From assembly GCA_964199315.1 (NCBI GenBank), contig OZ116705.1:5456001-5520000 (forward strand): a stretch of DNA of 64,000 nt, read 5' to 3'. Under the pieces are notes generated by a model that worked only from the letters and a program-made list of their open reading frames with translations, did no database searches and was not told the origin of the DNA. The DNA is from Orbicella franksi (lineage: Eukaryota). How positions within the stretch are numbered: the first letter of the stretch is position 1; every line of letters begins with the position of its first letter. The translations under genes and the position numbers were made by a program. Below, one piece after another: positions 1-9,405 of this stretch.

Positions 1-1522
1 TCTAACCGGAATGATATTCAGTCTAACCGCAGTGATAGTCAGTCTAACCGGGAGTGATATTCAGGTTAAGCGGGAGTGATATTTAGTTTAACCAGGGTGA
101 TATTCGAGCTAACCAGGAGTGATATTCAAGCTATCGGGTAGTGATATTTAGTCTAATGAGTGTGATATTCAGTCTAACCGGGAGTGATATTCAGTCTAAC
201 CGGAGTGATATTCAGTCTAATCAGAGTGATATTCAGTGTAACCTGAGTGACATTCAGTCTAATCAGAGTGATATTCAGGCTAGCCTAAGTGATATTCAGT
301 CCAATTGGAGTGATATGCAGGCTAACCTGAGTGATATTCAGTCTAACCTGAGTGATATTCAGTCTAATCGGAATGATATTCAGTCTAACCGGAGTGATAG
401 TCAGTCTAACCGGGAGTGATATTCAGGTCAAGTGGGAGTGATATTTAGTCTAACCAGAGTGATATTCGAGTTAACCAGGAGTGATATTCAAGCTATCGGG
501 GAGTGATATTTAGTCTAATCAGAGTGATATTCAGTCTAACCGGGAGTGATATTCAGTCTAACCGGAGTGATATTCAGTCTAAGCAGAGTGATATTCAGTG
601 TAACCTGAGTGACATTCAGTCTAATCAGAGTGATATTCAGGCTAGCCTGAGTGATATTCAGTCTAATTGGAGTGATATGCAGGCTAACCTGAGTGATATT
701 CAGTCTAACCTGAGTGATATTCAGTCTAATAGTGATGATGTGATGAGTGATATTCCGGCTAACGTGAGTGATATTCAGTCTAACCAGAGTGATATTCAGT
801 CTAACTGGGAGTGATATTTAGTCTAACCAGAGTGATACTTAATCTAACCGGGAGTGATATTCAGTCTAGCCGGAGTGATATTCAGGCTAACTGGGAGTGA
901 TATTGAGTCCAACCGGAATGATATTCAGTCTAACCTGAGTGATATCCAGTCTAAGCGGGAGTGATATTCAGTCTAACTGGAATGATATTCAGTCTAATTG
1001 GAGTGATATTCAGTCTAACCTGAGTGATATTCAGGCTAACCGGAGTGAAATTCAGTCCAACCAGAATGATATTCAGTCTAACCAGGAGTGATATTCAGTC
1101 TAACCGGGAGTGATATTCAGTCTAACCGTAATGATATTCATTCTAACCAGAGTGATAGTCAGTCTAACCGGGAGTGATATTCAGTCTAACTGGAATGATA
1201 TTCAGTCTAACCGGAATGATATTCCGGCTAACCTGAGGGATATTCAGTCTAACCGGGAGTAATAATCAGTCCAACTGGAGTGATATTCAGTCTAACAGGG
1301 AGTGATATACAGTCTAACCGGAATGATATTCAGTCTAACCGGAGTTACATACAGTTGAACCGGAGTGATATTCAGTCGAACCGGAGTTACATTCAGTCTA
1401 ACGTGAGTGATATTCAGTCTAACCGGAGTTATATTCAGTGTAATCGGAGTGATATTCAGTGTAACCGGAAGTGATGTCCAGTCTGTTACTGGAGTGATAT
1501 TCAGTGTAATCGGAGTGATATT
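1..1522 (+). repeat. Tandem satellite, 20-22 bp unit (consensus GAGTGATATTCAGTCTAACCG[G]), with a 362-bp higher-order duplication; runs off the window start
   Basis: About 70 near-identical units; diagnostic variant GATATTCAAGCTATCGGG recurs at 121 and 483. Confidence 0.95.
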
Positions 1523-2020
1523 TGTTCTAGCTCGTGCTAGTTCTGTGTTTCCATCGAGTTATAGAAACACGATTTTTAACCAATCAGCGCGCGTATTTTC
1601 TTAGGACTGTTTTCTAAATATACTTAAAGCGTGTTTGTAGCATAGTACGCCGCGCGCTAGTCCTATTGAGCCATTATGAACAAAATCTCTATGTACGCAC
1701 GGCCGTGCGTATATAACATGACGTGTGCAGTTTCAATTTAGCTGTAAAGATTCCTTGGGGTTTAGTGCAAGTTCCTTTCGTTTAAGTTTCGGCAAAGTGA
1801 TGATTATTATGAACAATTTAAAGCCTACTTCGAGCTTTTGACCTTTGCCAAGCTAAGATGTTTACTTAAACGTGAGTATTTTGACTTTGTTTGTCTACAT
1901 TTTCATGGAGTAGTTTTGACTTTGTCTGCCTACATTTTCATTATAATTAATTAGAAGAAGCGAACTTTTCATTGACAATTTTAGAAACCAGGTTAAGCGA
2001 TTTCGCTCGTTACGGTTGCT

Positions 2021-2271
2021 CAATCCTCCGTAGGAAAAAAGATGGCGACTGGTACATTTACCCATAGTTCTTAGCGCAAGAAAACCTTAACAACGTTCAT
2101 AAAAACGTGCAGAAAAGTTATAAAATCTTTAAACCTAGGCTACACAATGTCCTCAGCACAGGAACAAATATTGTAAAAATGTGGCTTTCTTCGTGCCATA
2201 TAGGCTGTGTTAGGTTCGCAAGGTATTGTGGTAAAATGTACAGCCGCCATCTTTTTTCCTACGGTGGATTG
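2021..2271. mobile_element. MITE-like element with ~40-bp terminal inverted repeats
   Basis: CAATCCTCCGTAGGAAAAAAGATGGCG at 2021 is mirrored by CGCCATCTTTTTTCCTACGGTGGATTG ending 2271. Confidence 0.7.
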
Positions 2272-2833
2272 ATTGTGGCGTGTTAGGATCCTAATGACCT
2301 TTGTTTTTCTTCACCGTGTATTGTGAGAGCTTTGTAATCAATCACAAATAAAACATGTTTTAGCGCCCAAGTTGTTGTCGCCATGTTATAAAAGAATTGG
2401 TTCATGCTTTTAGCTGTGCGTATATCGAGTTATGGATGTACTTGGGAAGTTTGGAGAGCACTCAAGAAGTTAAGAGTTGCTCTCGGCTATCGCCTTGAGC
2501 AACGCTTGCGCTTCTTTCGTGCTCTCTAAACTTCTCGCGTGCATCCGCACGCTAAGCATGAACCAATTTTTAAGTAGTCTGCAGTCTGCATTTTACCCCT
2601 GGTCTGTGGCCGTCTCCATTTTACCCACAGTCTACATTTTAACCCCAGCTTGCAGTCTGCAGTCCGCAGTTAGACTGTTCACAGTCTAGTCTCTATTTTC
2701 CCACGCGAAAGAAAAAGCGAGCGACGCGAGCGCGATGCACGCGGGGGTTGGGGTGGTAGGGCCCCCACCCCCTACCCAGTCAAGTCTTCCGTTTTGCGCT
2801 GGCGACCAATTTTCTTGCGATTCTATCCGCGCG

Positions 2834-2906
2834 TAACTCTGCCTGGGTATAGCCAGTCCAGTCTAAGTATATCCAGCTGGTCTCAAGCCCGGGTAAAAGA
2901 GGAGGG
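2834..2906 (+). ncRNA. Twister self-cleaving ribozyme at the 5' end of the RTE
   Basis: U^AAC cleavage motif (2834/2835); P2 CUCU 2837-2840 / AGAG 2898-2901; T2 GC 2841-2842 / GC 2887-2888; P3 UGGGUAUA / UAUAUCCA; P4 CUGG / CCGG; L4 UCUCAAGC; 3' GAGGG. Confidence 0.85.
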
Positions 2907-5900
2907 TTGGGCATTGGGCTAACAACCCCATCCCGTAAAAGATTTATTGTTACGGAAACCAACGTCGAAGAAACAATCATTGGTGGTGACGGGGATGATA
3001 CTAGCCAGGGGACTGGACAGATGACGGAAGTCAACCAAACCCTGCAGGGAGTTGACACCCCGACTGTGGATTCCTTGAAACCGAAAGTGAAGACTAGAAT
3101 AGCCTGTTGGAATGTAAGAACTTTGTACCAGACCGGCAAGCTTGCCCAAGTGGTAAGGGAGTTTCATAATTACGGCCTTGACATCCTTGGGGTCTGTGAG
3201 GTTCGTTGGACAGGGTCGGGACAGAGAACATTAGCATCCGGACATACCATACTATATTCGGGCAGATTGAATGGCCATCACACAGAGGGAGTGGCCTTGA
3301 TCATGAGCAGGAAAATGGAGAGGACACTCATCGAATGGAAACCATCAGGATCGAGACTGCTCAAGGCCAGGTTCAACTCAAAGTACACCAAGTTGACGGT
3401 GATAGTGTGCTATGCTCCCATTGAAGATGCTGAGGAGGCAGACAAAGATGCTTTTTACGACCAGCTGCAGGAAGTGACTGATGAGGTCCCAACACTTCAC
3501 CTTCTTATGGTGTTGGGAGACCTGAATGCCAGACCCGGGAACAATAACATTGGCAGGGACCGTGTGATGGGGAAGCACGGTATAGGTACCATCAATGACA
3601 ATGGAGAAAGGCTGTGTCACTTCTGCGATAAAAAACAACATGGTCATAGGAGGTACCTTGTTTCAGCACAGAGATATCCACAAGACGACTTGGACCTCGC
3701 CCAGTGAAGCCACTAAAAGCCAGATAGACCACATTCTAATCAACGGAAAATGGAGAGGCCTACAGAGGAGCAGATGTCGCCAGTGATCACAACCTGCTGG
3801 TGGCAGTTGTTTCACTGAAGTTGCGTAGGGCACGAAGAGGACAGCGAAGGGGCCACCAGTTCGATTCCAGTAAACTGAGAGATGACCGGATCAGACAAAC
3901 TTTTAGACGGGAGATGAAGAACCGCTTCCAAATTCTGGGGGAAGAACAGGAGATGGACATCGACTCCTTTATTCAGGCCTTCAAGGAAGCGGGAGAGAAG
4001 GTCCTTGGATTTAAAAAGAGGAAGAAGGAGGAATGGATACAAAGGGAAACCTGGGAGAAAATAGAAACAAGGAGAGGAGTCAAGCAGCGAATGAACTCCA
4101 CCCAGTCAGAACGCGTCCGTGACCAGCTGAGGAGAAAATATTCAAAACTGGACCATGAGGTGAAAAAAATGACCAAACTAGACAAGAGAAAATTTGTAGA
4201 GAGACTGACGGTTGAGGCAGAAGAGGCTGCTGGTAGACAAGATCTGAAGACCCTACATAGAATTAACAAAAAGGTTAAATAATGGTTTTAAAAACAACGA
4301 TGTCCCTGTAAAAGACATAGATGGCAATGTTCTTTCGAAAGAAGCAGAAAAGTTGGCACGCTGGAAGGAACATTTTTAAAGCATTCTAAATAGGCCAGAA
4401 CCTGAACAGGTAGATGAGATTCTACCGGCAGTAGAGGACTTGGATATCTGCATAGATCCGCCTACCATGGAAGAGGTGAAAGCTGCCATCAGTGTGATGA
4501 AGAGCGGAAAGGCAGGTGGAGTAGATGGAGTGACAGCAGAAACGCTCAAGGCTGAAGAAACTGAGACACCATGCCTTTTGATGTGCATATTCAGAGAGAT
4601 ATGGGAGAGCGAGACGATTCCTGAAGCGTGGAAGACCGGACTCATTGTCAAATTACCCAAAAAGGGTGATTTGGGCGACTGCAACAACTGGAGAGGCGTC
4701 ACTCTGCTCCCCATTACCAGCAAGGTCTTCAGCAAGATCATCCATACAAGACTGGCTGAAACTCTGGATGAGTACATCAGGCAGGAACAGGCAGGTTTCC
4801 GCCCTGGACACTCGTGCTCTGACCACATTTTCACCCTGAGACAAATTCTAGAGTAGAGCAAGGAATGGAATGTTCCCCTGTATGCCAACTTTATTGACTT
4901 TGAGAAGGCGTTTGACAGCATTCACCGAGATTCCCTGTGGAAGATATTAAGGCACTACGGGATTCCATTAAAGCTGGTAAATGTCATCAAGATGCTTTAC
5001 AGTGACTTCAAGTCCCAGGTTATTTGCAACGCAGCGCTTACAGACGCCTTCAGCTGACCACGGGTGTGAAACAAGGGTGTATTCTCTCCTCTCTCCCCCT
5101 TTCTGTTTATCTTGGGGATCGACTGGGTTTTGAAACAAGAGACTAGTGGTGGAAGAAGAGGGATTAGATGGACATTGACCAGTGTCTTGGAAGACCTTGA
5201 TTATGCAGATGATATTGCGCTGCTCGCCCATCGACACCAGGACATGCAGGCAAAGACCAATGCCTTGGCAACTACAGCAGGGAAATTAAGCCTGAAGATC
5301 AACATTAAGAAGACAAGGTATTTGAGGATGAGTGGCAGAACCGATGAATCCATCATGGTGAATGGGGAAGTGGTAGATGAGGTTGATCACTTTACCTACC
5401 TGGGATCTAAGGTGTATGTATGTATGGGATGGAGAAGAAGAGATCCTAGTTCGGATTTCAAAGGCAAGCAAGGCCTTTGCCTCGCTTCGAGGCACTTGGA
5501 GATCCAAGAACATCAGCCAGACGACAAAGATCCGATTTTTCAAAAGCAATGTCTTAAGCACTCTACTGTATGGCGCAGAATCCTAGAAGATGATCAAAAC
5601 CATCAGCCACAAGCTAGAAATCTTCCAGAACAAGTGCCTGCGCAGGATTCTCCGTATATACTGGCCCCAGACAATCTCAAACTATGAGTTGCGCAGAAGA
5701 ACAGGAAAAGAACCAATCACACAGCAAGTCCGGCGAAAGAGATGGAAATGGATTGGTCATGTGCTGCGCATGCCACCAGCAGCATTACCACGAGTTGCCC
5801 TCGGGTGGACCCCTAATGGCCGTAGAAAGAGAGCCAGACCGAAAGAAACATGGAAGAGGACAGTGGAGAAAGAGATGAAGGAGAACACCTGGACATGGGG

Positions 5901-5985
5901 TCACCTGGAACGACGAGCACCCGACAGAAGCCAATGGCGCACTTTAGCCGAGGCCTTATGTGTTTCAAAACACGAAGTAAGTAAG
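2835..5985 (+). mobile_element. Full-length RTE-clade non-LTR retrotransposon (APE endonuclease + reverse transcriptase), inactivated
   Basis: 13-bp TSD TCTATCCGCGCGT at 2822-2834 and 5986-5998; (GTAA)n tail; APE motifs ACWNVRTL, GDLNAR, SDH; RT motifs QAGFR, FIDFEKAFDS, GVKQG, LDYADD. Confidence 0.97.
3021..5985 (+). pseudogene. Disrupted single EN-RT ORF of the RTE
   Basis: Fragments in different frames (2907-3707, 3595-3786, 3800-4282, 4440-4856, 5112-, 5590-); frameshifts near 3630, 4280, 5055 and 5415; in-frame TAG at 4854 and 5584. Confidence 0.92.
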
Positions 5986-6265
5986 TCTATCCGCGCGTTC
6001 AACGATCGAATAAAAATTCGAGAAACTAGAGGGCTGTGAACAGTCTAGTCCACAGTATGCGTTTTGCACTGACCGAGATTCGAATCTGTGACAGATTCAT
6101 TCAGTTTGTCAATCACAGTCGAATTACTGTCAGTGTTATTACTTATATACCAAACTCAATTGCTGGTGTGCACTGTCAAGGCATCAAAAGTAAGAATTAA
6201 AGAATCTGGGATACGATAGGAGATTGATATGTAAACAACCTCGCGAAGATTTAGGCCTGTGCGGT

Positions 6266-6347
6266 CAACCTCGTTCCCAGGGTCTTTTCCCTGGCTTGGG
6301 GGTGGGGCCACCCCCAAGCCAGGAAAAAGACCCTGGGAACGAGGTTG
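6266..6347. mobile_element. Short palindromic MITE
   Basis: Near-perfect 40-bp inverted arms CAACCTCGTTCCCAGGGTC... / ...GACCCTGGGAACGAGGTTG. Confidence 0.85.
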
Positions 6348-6820
6348 CTGTGCGGTCTTTCATTCGCGCGTTATTGGGAAAAGTATTTCAGCCAAATTTA
6401 TAGAGCTTTGTATGGAGACGCCATGTCGGTACCCCTCGTGTTTGAAAGTCACAAAGAACACCCTAACATGAGGTAAATGGAGTTTACCTCTACCTTGATT
6501 TACTACACTGTGGCTACATTTGAGCAAATTTTGGACTAAAGGGAATTTCCCATGCAAAGTCTATATTACATTGAATACACAATCACATGCAGAGCTTATG
6601 AGGCCTGTGGACTAAAATAAAAAAAAAACATTGGGATAAATTGAATACTATTTTGTCATTAGAGCCGAAAAATGTGAGTCAAAGGTAAGATGCAAAGACT
6701 AGTGTAAGAAAAAAGTACTCAGTCTGCAGTCTGCAGTCTGCATGTATGATCTGCACTTTGGAGTGACCAGTGTCTGTAAGGGCCTACCCTTAAAATTATC
6801 ACTGTCGAGTGAGTGATATT

Positions 6821-7189
6821 AGGGAGCTTAAGCAATGACGACGGCAACCCCGAGGACAACGCCTAGTAAAAAATGAATTTATAGTTTACCTTCGAATTTC
6901 GCAACTGTCTAGATCTGTTTAGTGCGCCTATTGGTCTCAGAACTTGCTCAAGCTAAATATGTAACGCCAGCGTTCAATTCCAAATGAAAATGCGAAAAAT
7001 TAGCCGCCGTCGTTCGCATTCTCCAAAATACGCAGAACTTGGTCATTTCACGCTGTTGTTTTGCAGAGGACGGCAAAGAAATGTACCAAGATTTATAACG
7101 CACGTGCACAGCCATTGGTTTCCTCATTAAACCCTTTTGATTGGTGGACTTCTCGTTCCCGTTGCCGTCGTGATTTGCTTAAGCTCCCT
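6821..7189. mobile_element. MITE, AGGGAGCTTAAGC TIR family, copy 1
   Basis: TIR AGGGAGCTTAAGCAA / TTGCTTAAGCTCCCT; homologous along its length to 7593-7960. Confidence 0.85.
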
Positions 7190-7592
7190 ATTAATTAAGG
7201 TTAACTGGAGCCCATTTTAGTCTAAGCTTAGAGCTCACTATTCGTCATTTCGCCATTTAGCAAAACTAGTGAGGAGCGTCGGATCAAGTAGTGACTGTAC
7301 AAAGGTTGAAATAATAAATAAAGTCTGGAAACCTTACGGCAGAAAGGGGAGATGAAGACAGAATCAAATCATCAAATTAAAAAAAAAAAAGAACTACAAA
7401 TTGCTGTTTGGAAAACCAATCTTCCTCAGGGGCTAAGAGACGGTGTTTTCCAAACGAAAATATTGAGCACATATATTTTGCAGTTTTATTTTTCTTTTTT
7501 ATTATTTGATTTGGAAATTCCCATAAAATGTTTCAGCACCACCAACTCATTTATAATATATTTAACTCTGTGAATTCGCTGTTACAGACAGC

Positions 7593-7960
7593 AGGGAACT
7601 TAAGCAACGACGACGGCGACGCCGAGGACAACGCCTAGTCAAAAATGATCTTATATTTTACTTGCTAAATTCGCGATTGTCTAAATCTGTTCAGTACGCC
7701 AATGGCTTTAAAAACGTGCTCATCCTAAATATGCAATGATAGCGTTTAGTTCCAAATGGAAATACGAAAAATTAGCCGTCATCGGTCGCGTTCCACAGAC
7801 TACGCAGAACTCGGTCATTTCACGTTCTTGTTTTACAGAGGACGGCAAAGAAAGGTACAAAGATGTATAATGCACGTGCAGAGCTATTGTTTTGCTCATT
7901 AAACCTTTTGTTTCGTGACGTTCTTGTTGCCGTCATCGTCGTGGTTTGCTTAAGTTCCCT
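7593..7960. mobile_element. MITE, AGGGAGCTTAAGC TIR family, copy 2
   Basis: TIR AGGGAACTTAAGCAA / TTGCTTAAGTTCCCT; collinear with copy 1. Confidence 0.85.
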
Positions 7961-9134
7961 AGTGTTGGACGGAGAGCGTGACGGCCTTATGCCCCTACTG
8001 GTGCGATGAAAAGAGATGATGATGAAGTCGCTGTTCTCCTGAAACTGTAGCTCGTCATGGTAATAGGATTTATTTTCACAGTGTTCTCCGTCACTCATCG
8101 TTTTCAGCCGCTATAATTTCAAGGGATAAAGCAATAGTTTTTTAAATTACCTTTTGCTTTGTTTTTGCTGGCCCGTAATCGGCCCGTGAGCATCACGGAA
8201 GAATAATGACCTAGAATAAGCCAATCAGAGCGCGCGTTATATCGGCTACAAACACAAACCACATAATGATAAACAATGAATAAGTTTCTTCTATGAAACA
8301 AACCTATGTTCCAGAACAGAGTGCATAAATCAAACCATGGATGCTTTACATTACGCCAGGCCGACCGGTCAGAAACAGCAGGATTAACCAAGGAAAAAAT
8401 GGAACGACATTTTCCAAACAAACCGGGCCAACCGAGAGGAATGGCTTTTACCATTTTCTTTTCCTTCACCCTATCCCTGACAAAAGTGAAATCCACTGAA
8501 GAGAATTAAGTAGGGCAACGAACCAGTTTATTAAAATGGAACAGCAAATTTTGGTCCGACCGGTCAAAGTGGACCACCTCCAGAGGTGAACCGGACTGTG
8601 CCGAAACGGACTTTTCCATTTGCCATGTGCAATGACAGATGAGGACAATTTTAACCATTTTAAGTCCAAACTAAAGACATTTTTATTTAGAAAAGCGTTT
8701 GAATAGCTCTTGATTTTTTATATACATTTTTACTAGATCCCTTGTTTTTAATATTTTAATTTTTAGCTCGCTACCTTAGCCTAATGTACATAATTATTGT
8801 AAATAATTAGTTTTAAATTTATCACACTATTCATAGCATATCGTTTAATTTATATTACTCATATGGTTTGTTAGGCGCATTTGATCATATTCACATGTTA
8901 ATTTGCGCCTTAGAAATATTAAATATTATTATTATTATTATTATTATTATTTGACTTCCGACCGAGATTTCCGAAATTTGTGGCATGATGAAAAACACCC
9001 CCTGTTTCAGACCTAAACTGTTTCAAAACAATACCCCTATTTCTCTACAGCTTATATGGAGGAGTAACCCCCTGATCGTTATTCATATTTCGCTGCAGGA
9101 TTAAACTTAACTTTTAGTTGAGAAGAAGACGCAA

Positions 9135-9405
9135 ATGGAATTGGAAGACAAAATCAAGAAGCTCGAAGAACAATTCAAAGGTTTGCCTAAAGTCCTCATC
9201 AAGAGAACTCTCTGTGGTGATGACGTCAATGAGGACATTAGCAAAGCTACGGATCGGTTACAGGAATTTCAACAGATGAAAAGTAGCTTGTTTTTCAATC
9301 CAATGGCGGCTACTCCTGTTACAGAGGAATTAAAAGGGAGTTTGTGTGTCACCCCTGCGGAGGAATTCGACAGAAGCTCAGTGGCAAAGAATTGCATTGT
9401 AGAAG
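9135..9405 (+). CDS. Gene A exon: CUE-like domain 1
   Basis: MELEDKIKKLEEQFKGLPKVLIKRTLCGDDVNEDISKATDRLQEF; acceptors at 9098 or 9117; donor GAAG|GTAAAG. Confidence 0.75.

Larger units (their letters stand above)
2671..6047 (+). mobile_element. MITE (TIR TAGACTGTTCACAG) split by the RTE insertion; halves 2671-2834 and 5999-6047
   Basis: TIR TAGACTGTTCACAG / CTGTGAACAGTCTA; 9-bp flanking repeat GTCCGCAGT (2662-2670) / GTCCACAGT (6048-6056); uninterrupted relative at 21832-22080. Confidence 0.85.

Noticed and set aside
1-1522. CRISPR array
   Set aside because: Units are contiguous with no unique spacers, no cas genes are present, and the context is eukaryotic
141-1604. SDIQSN-repeat ORFs as a coiled-coil protein gene
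   Set aside because: They are translations of the satellite; unit-length variants break the frame repeatedly, and there are no proper starts or splice signals
2042-2051. ATGGCGACTG|GT as a phase-1 first exon of gene A
   Set aside because: It lies inside the terminal inverted repeat of the 2021-2271 element (mirror copy at ~2240-2270)
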